Assembly: GCA_028534125.1 (NCBI GenBank)
Contig: CM052832.1
Span: 14,324,001-14,388,000 of the forward strand
Length of the DNA stretch: 64,000 bases
Direction of reading: 5' to 3'
DNA from: Lama glama
Lineage: Eukaryota
The notes beneath the pieces are model-generated. The model was not told where the DNA came from and ran no database searches. It worked only from the letters and a program-made list of their open reading frames with translations. A program made the position numbers and the translations under genes. Shown here piece after piece: positions 13,961 through 27,633 of the stretch. Numbering within the stretch: position 1 is the stretch's first letter; each line of letters opens with the position of its first letter.

Positions 13961-16280
13961 CGTGGCTGACTCATGTCGTGAATTGGCTTTCTATTCTCTG
14001 GGCCTTATGTACTCTGTAGTATTTCTTCAATGTGTAGTGAATTTATTTCATCATAGATGCAGGAAGAGAACAGAGAAGGGGGGAAAGGGGACAGAAAAAG
14101 AAGTGAAAGGGAGGGAAATCATGGATAGAAGGAGAAGGATGGAGGAGGGGGAGAAAGAGGAGGCAGCAGAGAAGGAGGCAAGACAGACTCTGTCCTGGGG
14201 AGAGGCTCTGCTCTGGAGCTGCGCTCAGGGAGCTGTTTGGGCTTTTCCAGGCCAGCGGCCTCTGGCTTCAGGCCCTGCCAACCACAGAGGACAATGTGAG
14301 GCGGTCTTGTTTGGTGATGTGTTTTCTGCTGGCCCTGTTTGTTTGTTTTCTGTTTTTCTGGCAGTGGATTGTCTGGGGTAGAGAAGGAGGAGGGTCAGGG
14401 GTGTAGCTGGCATTGACAGTAGTCCCCAGGTCAGGCTCTGGGCTGGTGGGATCCTTTAGTGGGGGCTTGTGGGCATGGGAGCTAGACTTTTAATGTCCCT
14501 GGGAGGGGCTTCCATATGGGAGCCCAGAGCCAGGTGGCCTACCCAAGCCCAGAGATGGTTTGCCCCAAGCTCTTTGTCCCTGTCTTTCCCTACCCCAGCA
14601 GGAAAGAATTAGTCCTTGAGGCCTGGACTCCTTGCTGTGTAGCCAGGATGTCGTCCTGGGCTGGGGAGCCTATGGGGGTGGCAAGAGCTGCCACTTTCAG
14701 CTCAGCACTGGGGGCCACAGGGGAAGTCCATGTGAGCCAGCCTGCTCCCAAGTCCTGATGATGAGTCTGGCTTTCTCTCTCCTGTCCCACAGCCTTTGGA
14801 ATCCAACCTAATGAGCACTGTTAAAGCTAATGATCCCTCCGTTTGCTCAGTTACAACTCTTTATGAGATTGTTCCCTCTTACAGAGGAGATTCATTTGAA
14901 CCACCAGGGCTCGGCCTTTGTCTCCCTAATTTTTATTGGCCCATTAACAAGAGCAGATGCTCTGGGCTGACCAGGAATATCTGGTATGGGGTCCCAACAA
15001 GCCCCATTGGGTCAAGTCTTAGGTGGCATTTTGATTCCAAATTAGCCTTAAAATAGTCCCTGTTTCCCTACTCACCTCCAAACCCAGTTTTCTATGTAGG
15101 TACAACAGGGATGTGGGAAGATTTTGCAAGTTAGGAGGTGCCTTACCATCCTCTTTAGAATGTGTCTCAATCCACTGATAGAGTCGCTTCCCTACTAAGA
15201 ACCCAGTTTGGCTTAAGGGTTTTACTCCCTATTAAAACAGAAATGTACTGAACCTTGTTAGTCATTTCAGTGTTGGTGTGAATTAGTTCATAAGGTCGTG
15301 GATAGGCGTTAAGGGGATCGGGGAATCTCCTATATTGTATACAAGCTTTTATTCTCAGTGTTCATTTTTTCAGAGGGAGGTTTTCAATAGCTTTCTTCAA
15401 CATTTTCATGATACCCTTACCCCCTCACATACAGTTTAGAAAGCTCCATAGAAGTGGAAGAGGAATGTTTCATAACGGGGGGCACAGAAGACAAACTCTT
15501 CTACTTGCCCCATTTGCTTGGCCAGCCCTACCCCACAGGAGGTACTAGTCCCCTCCTCCTTTGGAGATATTTCTTCCACAGACTTCCCACTGTCACCACG
15601 GCTCAATCATACCTTTCCTAAATCTTAAAACCAACCTCAAGTTGGGGGGTGGGGCAAGAGGAGAGCCCTTTAACTCTGTTGATTTACATGGCAAGGCTGT
15701 AAATGATAGGTTCTCATGCTGATGTAAATACTCATAAAGTCACTGTAAGTGCCGGGCATCACATGCCTTGGGTGCCCAGATCCTCTGCAACCTCGTACAG
15801 GCCTGGCATTCAGGAGGTAAGGGAGGAGGAGAATGCTGAGCTGGCAGCAGCTGTCATGACAAGGTCCCAGCTGTGACTGTCGGGAAAGAGGGCATGTTCG
15901 GAGCTACTCTCTGTAACCCCTCATCCTCCCCTACAGAGCAAATGGCCTCTGCACGTTGCTGCCTCAGAATGGCTCCTCTTTTGCTCAGCCCATCTGACTG
16001 TTCTTGTTAGTTACAGCAGTGTCATCAGAAGGCCACTGTTAGAATACAAAGGGGCTTCTTGGGAAGATGAGTTGGGCTGATTGGCTGATTGTCACCCAGT
16101 AGAAAACAGAGACCCCAGACCAGGGAGGATAAGGTTTGGGATACATGGAGAGAAGTTTCCAGCAGATCAGTGTAACAGCTGGAGGACAGTAATTTAAATG
16201 GCCTTCCAGGTAGTCTCCCTGATTCCAATATTGGGCTTTGAGGGTCTATTCTTCACAGGGCAGCCGGAGTCATCTTAAAG

Positions 16281-16480
16281 CAGAATTTCACAACCTCAGC
16301 ACTATTGGTATTTGTCATGGGGCTGTCCTGTGCATTGTTGGATGTTTAGCAGCAGACTGGCCTTTACCCACTAGATGCCAGTAGCAACACCCCCACAAGC
16401 TGTGACAACCAAAAATGTCTTCAGACATTGTCAAATATCCCCCTGGAAAGGGTAGCAAAACTGCACCTCCCCCATCCCCT
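16281..16480. mobile_element. MER20-like hAT-Charlie DNA transposon inside an L2 fragment
   Basis: ggggctgtcctgtgcattg..gatgtttagcagca..cccactagatgccagtagca..gtgacaaccaaaaatgtcttcagacattgtcaaat matches remembered MER20. Confidence 0.85.
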
Positions 16481-16676
16481 GCCCCATTGGGGATTTCTGT
16501 CATAAAGTATAAATCAAGTCATGTTGCTCTCTGGTTAAAATCCTGCAATGTCTTCCCATTGCTCTGAGGATGAAATACAGCTGCTCAGGTTGCCCTTCAA
16601 GGCCCTGTAGGGGCTAGTCTTGCCTCCTGCTCCAGCCCGTCTGCTCTTGTCTGCAATCACTTTTTAGCCACATGAA

Positions 16677-16681
<5 letters not shown>

Positions 16682-16727
<46 letters not shown>
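16682..16727. repeat. (TA)n microsatellite
   Basis: ~23 TA units. Confidence 0.95.
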
Positions 16728-16730
<3 letters not shown>

Positions 16731-16913
16731 CTGAAGTGAAAGAAAAGTCACACTTCTCCTTTTATTTGTGATTTATAAATTAAGCTGCAAAAGAAAGACC
16801 AAATAAAAATTGCATAAACTACCCTTAGGAATCAAACAATATTTACCATATACTTTCATTTTGTACATTTTTTGTTTCCACTAAAATATTATAAAAATGA
16901 GACTTGACTCTTT

Positions 16914-16932
16914 TGTGTGTGTGTGTGTGTGT
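16914..16932. repeat. (TG)n microsatellite
   Basis: ~9 TG units. Confidence 0.9.
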
Positions 16933-18659
16933 CTTTAACACACGAAGTTTTAGGTGTACCTAGATAAGCCAAGCCTTTTCTTAGACAGGGCAAAAGATGC
17001 AGAGACACTGTCAAATTCGGGATGTATTTTGGAAGCCTTTTCATACACTCTTATGACAACTCATGAACACTTGACTTACACAATGCCTTACTTTTGTTTT
17101 TCCTATCTCCTCCAATAGAATACAAACTCCATCAGAGCAGGGACCTTGTCTGGCTTGTTCACTATTGTATCCTCATTATCTCCCTGGTGCCCTGAATCCG
17201 TGGAATGAATGACAAGGGTGGCAATATTTCAGAGAGGGAGAGGGACACTTCTGGAAAGTCAAGGGAAGATTTCTTGGGCACACTGAGCCTTGAAGCTTAT
17301 TGGATAGGAGGAATGGAGGCTAGGGAGGGAAAAAAATGTGTTCTGGGAAAGGGCTTAGGGGATGGCAGAAGCAAAAGCCCAAAGAAAGCCCAGTGACCAA
17401 CATGTACTGCAGTTGACCCAAAGGACATGTAGGCAGCAGAAACTCAAGGGGCAACAGGGCAAATCTGGTGTGAGTATGATTTTTGGTTTAGGTGGATCCA
17501 GGGGTGAAGAGCTTGAGTCCCTTGATAAGGAAGTGGGGAGAGAAGTCAGCTGAATTGGAGCCTGGTGAAACTAGGAACAAACTAGGGAGGATTTGGTTGA
17601 TGAGCCTGGAGGCTGGATGCAGCTGAACCTGTGAAAAATAATGATTATTCCTCTCATGATATCTCATGTTGCTGACCCCAACTGCTTGGATCTCCTCAGA
17701 CCCCTCGAACCAGATCTGTGGCCACTAGGGAAGTCAAAGGACTGACCAGACAAGTGAGCCTAGACCAGTGTGGAGAGCCCTGGGACCCAAATGGGAGAGG
17801 CCTGGGGCCTGGTTCCTTCTTCCCTCCCTCTCTTGCTGTGTGGCCTTGCTCAAGGCATTGGATTGCAATGGACCTCTGTGTCCTTCTTTTGGAAAACAGA
17901 GTTAACAATACCTGCCCCGTTCAGAGGAGAAATGAGGTCATGTTTGTGCAACATTGTGAGCTCACTGGAGACAATGAATGTATTCTTCCTAACGGTAACA
18001 ATAATAATCATTACTGTAAATCTAACCAGTAAATATCTCCACAAAGCTGGAGTTGGGCCCCTCAGTAGGATAGCAATTAAAGTTTAAAAAAAAATCTCTA
18101 GATGTGGAAATTTTCTGGCCCCATTTTGATCTTTGGGGTTTGCAAAGTTGATATCACTGTGGGAGGGAGAGAGGCCTGCAGTAATCATTCATTTCAATTC
18201 TATTCAGTTGTACTTATTGTATCTCTCTTGTCCTTGAGTTATGCCCAATGGGTTTTGCAACTTCTCATCTTCCTTCAGTCCAAGGAGAAAAAGGTCCCTT
18301 ATATTCCCCATCTCCACACCCGCCCAGTGTCGCATTCACTCACGGAAAGAGTCATCTGGCTGTTAGAGATCCTGGGTATTTGGGCATTGGCCACAAACTA
18401 GCCTGCAAAGTAGGTGATAGATTTTGAGTACTTGAGCCTCATTCCCACCCATGCCACTAAGTAGGCTGACGACTCCTAGTGGAGCTATGCATTCAAAGCC
18501 CTGAGGACCGGGGCCTGTGGATTCTCAGGTGATTCTAATGCAGCCTGCCAGTGCCTGTATGAATTTGGGAGCCACAGGTTTAGTGTATTAGTTATAAAAT
18601 GGGTCTTCAAGGAGCAGAGTGATGCTTATACAAAGGCATCATTGAAGTTTGGGTCAAGC

Positions 18660-21170
18660 TGGCAGAAGACCCTTTCTCCTGCCCCAATCCACAAAATGAC
18701 AGAAAACTATAGGAAAACAAACTATATTACAGTGTGAGAAAACAAAAGAGAGCCCTCAGCATATCAAAACCATTGGGTACCAGAAAGATAAAGAAGAAAT
18801 AGCATCAACACTATAAAGAAAGAAAATTGGAGGAAACCATAGCTAGCACATACGAAAGAGAAGACCGCTGTGGAGGAAAGAATGGTTTAGGGGTGGAGGT
18901 GGGGCTCTAAGCCTGAGACAACAGACTCAACATAGCCAGAGCAGGTCCCAGAAGTGTTCTTTGCTGCTTCCTGACCTGTGCTCTGTAGTTGGCAGCAGAC
19001 AATTTGCCCCAACGTGCTGGCGTTGGAGAGGCAGAGCAAGACTCCAAGAAGCAACTGACACTCTGAGAGGGAAATAGGGAGCCCTCATTCAGAGAAAAAG
19101 CTGAGAGCAGGCCATTCCTCTCTCTCCCATCCTCAATAATCACTGACAAAGCTATAGTGAACACTAAGCTGGCAAATGGATATTTTCAGACAAAAATGAG
19201 CAGAACATCAAGAATCACTAAAGATGAAGGGAAAATAAAACTATGGTACAGAGGAACTCTAAACCAGTACTGTCCAATATAACTTTCTATGATGATGAAA
19301 GTGTTCTATCTTTGAGCTGTCCAGTATGTATGTAGTCATGTAACACATGTGGCTAGTGACCACTTGAAATGTGGCTGTTGCAACTGAGGAACTGAAATTT
19401 TAATTAGTTTAAATTTAAATAGCAATCAGCTACTATATTGGATAGCACAGCTCTGAACTTAACATACAGAAGCGTTAACACCGAAGAAAACGAGATAATA
19501 GAACAAAAAACAACAAAACCACTTTAGTTGAAGAATAATTACTATCTTCAAGAGGTGGGAAAAAATAAATCCATTTTAAAAATAAACAGGCGGTCTTAGA
19601 AATTTAAAAATTGATAATCAGAATTTGAAACTCAGTAGATGGTCTGAGCTGGATTTAATGATTTGGTTATTAGGAAGACTGAGCTGAAGAAGTCTCCTTA
19701 AACACAGTGAAAAGGATAAAAAGATGGAAATTCTGGAGAAAAAGATAAAAACATCTGTCTAATAGGCATTATAAAAGGATAGAACTTCAGAGAATAGAAG
19801 AGAGAAAATAATTAAAGAACTAATAGAAGAAAATTTTCCAGTTGTTGAAGAAAGAAATCAATCATTAGATTAAATGTTCCCAGGGTAAAAAAAGACCCAC
19901 ACCTAGACATGTTATGGTGAAATTTCTGAACACCAAAGATAAAGAAAAAAGATCTAGAATCTTACAGAGGGAAAAAGTCAGTCACCAACAAAATACTACT
20001 AAATTGGCATCAGACTGGATGTTAAAAGACAATGGAACACTATCTCCAGAGTTCCAAAGGGAAATGAAGTATTCAAGTGGGAGGGAAAACTTAAGATATT
20101 TTTTGTTGTAAAAGGAGAAAGTTTGCCACCCTCATATTCTTTAAAGAATTCCTTGGGTAGGTCCCTCCATTAAAAAAATAGTAAACTCAAGAAAGAGGAA
20201 GGCGTGGGAAGCTGAAACTGTGGTGAACAAAGAAACTAGTAAAACTTTTAGTGAAGTCTGAATTATTAAAACATAATGTAAACATTTCAAAAACAACAGT
20301 TTGGAACCATAATATACCCAGATGATCTCAACTTGGGAGGTGGCAAATGGGGGAGGAAGAGAAATGTTAAAGAATGTTAATGGAGAAGAAAGTTCCTGAT
20401 TAGCTCTAGGCATTGATAGAAAATCATGAGTTAAAGAATATAGGATTCAAGTTCAAAAGTAGCCAGCAGAAAATGGGGAATTGAAAAATCAACTTCCAAA
20501 TCACTAGAGTGAATTAAGTTGGGGTGGGGGTAAAAAACTTGATCAATGTAACAAAAAGCAGGAAAAAAGATTCTTACAAGATAAGAAAGCAAGATAAAGA
20601 GGAAGCATAAAGTAAAATGACAGGATAAGTCTAAAAATATCATTAATAATGCATGGAAAAAATAGGCAGTTCTTCTGTTAAAGGGCAAAGTCCTGCTATA
20701 TGCTGTTTACACAGATGTATTTGTAAACCAAGTGGCAAGAACATTTTGAATATGAGCAGATGGGGAAAAGACACCAAGCAAATGATAACAAAAACAAAGC
20801 AGTTTTATTAAAATCAGACAATGTTGAATCCAAGGCAAAAAACACTAAGAGAAACAATGGAGATATACTGAAAAAAAATTATAGTCTTACAAAAATATAT
20901 GATTTCTTTGATTCTTAACAGTCAAATTTCAAAATACATGAAGCAAACACTAGTAGAAATGAAGGAGAAATGAACAAATCTATGGCCATGGATGAAGGCT
21001 CAGAAATCTACAAGTCAAGTAGGAAACAAGTCATAATGAGAATAATAGATGATTTGAGTGACACAGTTAACAAGCTTTAGCTAGTATATGGTATACCCTA
21101 AAACTGAGAACACATTTTTTTAAAATATATTTTTAGTATTCATGTACAAAAAACTCCCCCAAACTGAAAA
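18660..21170 (+). mobile_element. Old degenerate L1 (5' region, ORF1 and start of ORF2)
   Basis: A-rich sense strand; ORF 19914-20111 VKFLNTKDKEK resembles L1 ORF1p; 20690-21120 resembles the ORF2 endonuclease region. Boundaries approximate. Confidence 0.7.
19265..19450. mobile_element. MER3-like hAT-Charlie DNA transposon nested in L1
   Basis: Terminal inverted repeats cagtactgtccaatat / atattggatagcacag; internal cacttgaaatgtggct..aactgaggaactgaa; 8 bp TSD ctctaaac (19257-19264) / ctctgaac (19451-19458). Confidence 0.85.
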
Positions 21171-21989
21171 ACAAAAAAACAAAAAACAACCCCACCTTAT
21201 ACCAGCCGTTTTCTCCATGCACAATACATGAAAGTAAAGCAATTAACATTAAAATGATTGGGGTGGGATGAGGTGGGACTACGGCTTGGAAATGTAAACT
21301 CATTCACAGGGAATTCGTTGGAACTCACAGCCTGGATTATCTCTCCTACATACCATTCTTGTATACACTTATAGATGTCAGTCTCACATATGAATGTCAC
21401 CTGTCATGGGATCCTAAAGCAGGGAACATTATTGTGAACCTCTGGTCCTGAGAGTAAAGTCTAAATAAACTCAGCCTGGTATTCAAAGCCCTCCAGAATC
21501 CGACCCTAGCCTGCCTTTCTTCTTTCACTTTCCGCTCTCCTGCAACGTGCAAATGCCACAAACTTGGAATACTCACCACCTCGTGAATGCTCCTTGATCC
21601 AAGAAAAGGACCTGTTGCTTACCTCAGGTCCTGTTACCTAATTGTTCTACCTGTGTAAATCCCATCTCCTTAACCTGATTGTACACTCCAGTGAACCATG
21701 ATTCAGCCATAGTTTTAGATATGTTTTAGAAATGAAGTGTTTTTTGTTTGTTTTTTTCTTTTTTCTGGGATTAGCAGGTAATTTGGACTCACTCTTCCCA
21801 AGTGAAAGAGGCAGTAGAAATTTATGTTATTATATTTGTCTTTGAAATGAAGAAATAGAAGCCAAGGAAGATTAAAGTGTTTGCCCAGTCTAGTACACTG
21901 ACAATTGTAATTAGTAGGCACCATCTCGTGATTGAACTCCCAGTCATTGCTGTTTTTCTTTCTCTTGGACATCTCCTTTATTTAACAGA

Positions 21990-22205
21990 AGTTTATAATG
22001 GGCTTCCCAGGAGTCAGGCATTCTGTTATAAATTTTCACTCAGTTGACTCTCAACACAATCTTAAGTGTTAGGTACTGCTATTATCGCTCACGTTGGATA
22101 GGTGAGGAAACTGAGGCACAGAGAGGCTAAGTAACTTGTGTGAGGACACATTTCTAGTATGTGGCAGAAATGATTTGGCTCTGGAATCCATACTTAGCCA
22201 CTGTT
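21990..22205 (-). mobile_element. MIR SINE
   Basis: ggtgaggaaactgaggcacagagaggctaagtaacttg. Confidence 0.75.
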
Positions 22206-22514
22206 CTATATTGCCTTTCATCCTCAGATGTGACTTACCTTTTTCCTCAAGGTCAAAAACACATCAAATAATGCTTAATCTCCCAACCCTGGAATCAATA
22301 ACAGTTCTACTTTATTTAACATTGCACCAGTCACCAAGGAGGGTACTAACACAGACTGTGAGCTTCAAGAGGGCAGGGGGTTATCTTGTTTACTGCCTTC
22401 CCATCACCTAGAATAGTGCCTGCTATAGGAAGGTGCCCAGCAAAAAAAATTATGAATGAATAAATGAGCAGATGAATCGATGGATGAATGGATGAATTAG
22501 ATATGTATGTAAAT

Positions 22515-22679
22515 AGTTAGTGGAACACAGCCACGCCTATTTATTTACATAATGTTTATGGCTGCTTTCTACAGAGCTAAGTAGTTATCACAGAGGTCAT
22601 ATGGCTGTGGTTTAGGCTGCAAAGCCTCAAAGTATTTACTCACTCCATGGCACTTTACAGAACAAGTTTACTGAACCCT
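22515..22679. mobile_element. MER58A-like hAT-Charlie fragment
   Basis: tggaacacagccacgcc..ttatttacat..tatggctgctttc..gcaaagcc..ctttacagaa..gtttactgaaccct. Confidence 0.75.
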
Positions 22680-22788
22680 AGAGTGTAGAGATGATGCAGG
22701 AAAATGGATGTGGGGCATGAGGAGGGCTGAGTCCCAGGTCTCTGTTGAGCCCCTGGGACATGCTACCAAGTGTGGGTCCTTGGCTTCG

Positions 22789-23288
22789 NNNNNNNNNNNN
22801 NNNNNNNNNNNNNNNNNNNNNNNNNNNNNNNNNNNNNNNNNNNNNNNNNNNNNNNNNNNNNNNNNNNNNNNNNNNNNNNNNNNNNNNNNNNNNNNNNNNN
22901 NNNNNNNNNNNNNNNNNNNNNNNNNNNNNNNNNNNNNNNNNNNNNNNNNNNNNNNNNNNNNNNNNNNNNNNNNNNNNNNNNNNNNNNNNNNNNNNNNNNN
23001 NNNNNNNNNNNNNNNNNNNNNNNNNNNNNNNNNNNNNNNNNNNNNNNNNNNNNNNNNNNNNNNNNNNNNNNNNNNNNNNNNNNNNNNNNNNNNNNNNNNN
23101 NNNNNNNNNNNNNNNNNNNNNNNNNNNNNNNNNNNNNNNNNNNNNNNNNNNNNNNNNNNNNNNNNNNNNNNNNNNNNNNNNNNNNNNNNNNNNNNNNNNN
23201 NNNNNNNNNNNNNNNNNNNNNNNNNNNNNNNNNNNNNNNNNNNNNNNNNNNNNNNNNNNNNNNNNNNNNNNNNNNNNNNNNNNNNNNN
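22789..23288. other. Assembly gap (500 N)
   Basis: Run of exactly 500 n. Confidence 1.
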
Positions 23289-23527
23289 ACCCCCTTGGCA
23301 ACCACAAGTTTGTATTCTATATCTATGAGTCTGTTTCTGTTTTGTATTTATGTTCTTTTTTCTTTAGATTCCACATATAAGCGATCTCATATGGTATTTT
23401 TCTTTCTCTTTCTGGCTTACTTCACTTAGAATGACATTCTCTAGGAGCATCCATGTTGCTGCAAATGGCGTTATGTTGTCGGTTTTTATGGCTGAATAGT
23501 ATTCCATTGTATAAATATACTACATCC
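23289..23527 (-). mobile_element. Young L1 3' region fragment abutting the gap
   Basis: caaccacaagtttgtattct..gagtctgtttctgttttgt..ggcttacttcacttagaatgac..catccatgttgctgcaaatgg..gaatagtattccattgt, low divergence from L1 3' region. Confidence 0.85.
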
Positions 23528-24202
23528 AGAAGACCTGGTCTTTTGACTTCAACTTTGAGCTCTGTGCCCTTGGGCAAGTCACTTGACTTCTCTGGACCTG
23601 TTTTTTCATTGATAAAAATGAGCTTGAATTGGATGAGTTCTGTGGTTCTGTCTATAAACAGACATTACAGGTGAACTTGGGATGACACAAACTCTGTCTC
23701 AGAGGTAAGTGTTGGGGAAACAGCAATAGAAGGTAGACCGAGGATGGCCCAAGGGCAGCCTTCTGAGGAGAGGAGGTCCTGTTAGTGCAGTGGGTTGAAG
23801 TGGTCCTGGCTTGGAGGTGGGGACACGGGAGCTGGGCTGGTGGCCCAAACTTGAAGTCAGTTCTTGCATTTTTATCATGGAGGAGGTGGTAGAAATGCAC
23901 TCAGCAGACTAAACAAACACACCAAAGTGGGTTGTTGGTGAAGGCGTGTGTTTTGTCTGCTGAGCCTGACGCCACTGGTCACAGAGCGTCAGACAGTCTC
24001 GGGGAGGCCCTGGGTAAAAGGAGGGGGAGCAGGCATGCAGCTCCCAAAGGGCTGTCTGTGCTTTGCAGGTAACGCCCTGATGGTTTTGTTAGCAAGATGA
24101 GGTGTAACTCACCCAGGGTCTGCTTTTTGAACTGAGACAAACCTGGGTTTGAATCCCAACTCTGCCACTCACTAGCTGGGTGAATTGGGGCCAGGATGTC
24201 CT

Positions 24203-24327
24203 TCTATCATTTATTATCCAAACAGAGTCACTTTTGATAGTGGAGGGGAACACTGATGTTAATTATGCTGGGACAACAGCATGAACAGAGATTATTTGGA
24301 GCAAAAATGAGACCTAGGTCACCCTGC
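24203..24327. mobile_element. MER81-like hAT-Blackjack element
   Basis: atttattatccaaac..cacttttga..aattatgctgggacaacag..ggtcaccctg. Confidence 0.65.
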
Positions 24328-27300
24328 TTAACTTAACGCATGCCTGTATCTGCCTTGAGAAGATGGACACGTGATACTAAGTTGCAGCAAATGGACACAG
24401 CCTTGAGTGGGTGCTCCATGAGCGAAAGTTCCACGCCGTCCTTTCCCTCTTCCCACATTTGGTATGTCTAAAAAGGGGTCCCAGAGAAGCTGCACTAGGG
24501 CCTCCTTCAAATCTGTGTGTTTTCCTGGAGGGCCTGAGCCCAAAGCCAGCTAGGACTTGGGCCTCCCTTTGGGATCTGTTTGCCTTTTCATAAACACAGA
24601 CACAGGGTTTTTCTTGGCTGGGCCCCTCTGCTCACAGCTCAGGGATTGTACCTTGAAGCATTCGCTCCCAAGTGATTTGAATCAGGATCTACCAGGAAGT
24701 TTGTTTTCCAAGGCCTTAGTCAACATGTGGGTGTGGAAACACCAACCAATTTCAATGTAGAGTCAACTCCTCTTTAAATAGGGACTTTCACATTAGTCAG
24801 GCTTTTCAAAACAACATCATGTTTAAAGAAAATTTCATTTTCACCTTTCCATCACCAGCAGCAGTTGCTGAAGACATTTCTGTTCCAACCAGAGGCTTCC
24901 CTAACCCATGTCGCAGCTGGTCCCCTTACTATGTCAGAGCCTGGGCTGTGATGTCACATGCCAGGGGCTTGAAATCATTCTGACATGGGCCTCGGTTTCC
25001 CCTCTTCATGTGGACTCAAAAGACTGCTTGGCCTAGAGTCTTATTTTGCTTCATTCTGATTCTTTGGTTTGTTGATGGCCTGGAATAACAGCAATACAGC
25101 CTACACCTTCTAAGATCTGTCTCCCTTAAGCCATGGCACCGTTCCAGGAGTTCCCATATTTCAGTGTTCGAAGCTCATGGCTCAGACTGCTTTTGAGGTA
25201 CCAGGATATGGTATGAAATACTTCTGACAAAGTATCATGGGTCCCAAATGTGGTCACTCTGAGCAGGCTTGGTCATACACCTTACCGAAACCTGCAGGTT
25301 GGCTGGGTGCCCATACGCCTGGCATCTTCCCATAGCTCTGGGCCCCTGTCGATGTCTACTCTGAGACCTTCCTTCCTGGATCCTACATTCCTGGGGCCTG
25401 TCCCATAACACATCCCCATGGGGCATCTCTTTGCTAGCTTAGCAAATCAGGCAAAGTCTGAGAACTCCCCAACCTGTTTGTTGCATACTTATGGTGAGTC
25501 CAGCGTTCTGCTAAGTGTAACACACAGGATTTCACTTCATGAGCAATGGTCTAGCTAGTGTTCAGAACTTAAGTCTTGTGTAAGCTACCAAGTAACCCCT
25601 CTATGCCTCAGTTTTGTCCCTTGTAGGATCTAGGGGATGACAACAGGAGCTCCTCCCTCCCCGGACTGGTGTGAGAGTTTAGTGAATTCGTGAGTATAAA
25701 GTGCCTAAATCCTGTCTGACATTTAGCAAGGGCTCACTTGCTGTTGGCCATTTTTATGATAAATCCTCACTACAGCCCTTTGAGAGGGGGACTCTGACTG
25801 TCCCCATTGGCAAAGGAGGAACTGAGATTTGGAAAGGTTAAGTAATTTGCCCAAGCCATGTGCTAGAATGATGGGCAATAAGCATGCTTTGGGAAGTCTG
25901 GAATCCTGCTGTCTGTGACATGAGAGTCTGGGTTCAATCCCAATTCAGTTGTTTTTGCATATATTTATAGACACCAATGTGCCAGGCCCTGTGCCAGGAA
26001 GCAGGGAGCCAGCAAGGAGCTCCACCCAGTTTTCAGCCCAGCCAGGCTGGGTCAGCTCTGGACTAGGCACAGTTAATCTCCAGCCATCCCCTCTGGCTTC
26101 ACCTGGCTCATTAAAACCAGACACGTTATGAGTTTCCTTAGCATCTGCAGAGAGCGTCTTTCATCTTCAAAGGCTTGCCGAAGCACCAACCAATTAATCC
26201 TTACAACACCCTCATCTCGTAGACAAATATTTATCCTCACTTCATACCCAGGAAAACTAAGGCGCAGAGAGGAGAACAGACTGGGAGGGAGGAGGAAGAG
26301 TGAGTGGCAGAGCTCACAATTCCGGAGCCCCAGACCCTGCTGGCTGCCCAGTCCATCTGGAGGCTGCAGGGAAATTCTTCCCGTAATAACCCCCACCTTT
26401 TTTTTTTTTTAAATGGAAGCAGAACCTTCTACAAGTTCAGAAGAATTAGATTTCTTTAATAGCAACCTGCAGGAAATACATTAAAAACACATTCTATCAG
26501 TTACAAATCTTAATGTCACCAGCCAAGGATGAGGGAATTAATGCCGGGCCCAAAAATACATATAGTCAGCAACTCCAGGGCAAGGGCAGAGACGATTTAT
26601 AGAGTGCGAGGTCTGGATGTCTGGAGCAGGCAGGCTGAGCTCAGCGGTGAAATTGAAACAGGGCTGTTTTCAGATGGGGCGGAGTGGGGGAAGGCGGCTG
26701 AGGGCAGCTTTGATTCAATCATTGTTCCCCATTTCTTCTCATTGTAAAAAAAGAAAAAAAATTTTAATGCTATAAAGGCCAGATTCTGATCTGTCATGAG
26801 CAAACTGCTTTCATTAACATAAGCTCCTGTTCAGGGTACTTTTAAAGAATCAACCTCCCAAAAGTAAGTGCTCCCACCAGAGCAATCCCATCCCTGACTA
26901 TCTCCCCTGTGTACCCAGGTCAAACAAAGGGAAATCCAAGCAGTGGTTCGTCTGGAGAATCTGTACAATGAAGACAAAACGTGTGTGTAATTAATGTGGG
27001 TTTACTTCCATTAGTGGCAGGTATTTTTCTTTACCTTCATATTGAAAATAAAATGCAGTATAGAAAACCACACTAAGAGAAGCGTAGCTTAGTGAACTGT
27101 GATAAGGGAAACCACGCAGGTCTTTTAAATTGTTTTAATTTTTGGACTCACTGCTCCATTTTGCCAAACTTGCATCTAACACAGCCATGGAAAAGTTTTC
27201 AGTCTCAGGGGTATAATGCACTCATTTTAGGAAGGAAAGTGACCTAAAGAAGTATGTACAGCACTCAGCTGTTCGTTTCGGGCTGCCACATTCCCAGCCA

Positions 27301-27525
27301 TGTGCTTGCTGCTCACAGAGAAAGGGTAATTAGAGGATTCGGTGGGTACTAGGGACTGAATCTCACAGCAGAGATGGACGTGGTCCCCAGCATGCTCCCA
27401 CCATCGGCCTCTTGTGGAAAACCACACAGCATCCCCTGTGGGGCTGGGTGAGTTACTGGGCAAGTCTCTGTGCCCTTTTCACCTGGAGGAAAATATGAGA
27501 AGGCATTGCATCACACCCCTTTCCC

Positions 27526-27633
27526 TTTATTTTATTTTTTGTGGGGAGAGGTAATTAGGTTTATTTATTTTTAATGGAGGTACTGGGGATTGAACCCCAG
27601 ACCTCGTCCATGCTAGGTATGCACTCTACCACC
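27526..27633 (-). mobile_element. Vic-1-type SINE, 5'-truncated, next to a MIR
   Basis: ggggagaggtaattaggtttatttattt..ggaggtactggggattgaacc..catgctag..ctctaccac, followed by MIR acaggtgaggaaactgaggc. Confidence 0.85.

Noticed and set aside
14940..14960. TWIST1-homeodomain composite ('Coordinator') motif
   Set aside because: Spacing between the ATTA core and CAGATG does not match the composite as I recall it.
22678..23429. Five ~200 aa ORFs in the ORF track
   Set aside because: Artefacts of translating through the 500-N gap.
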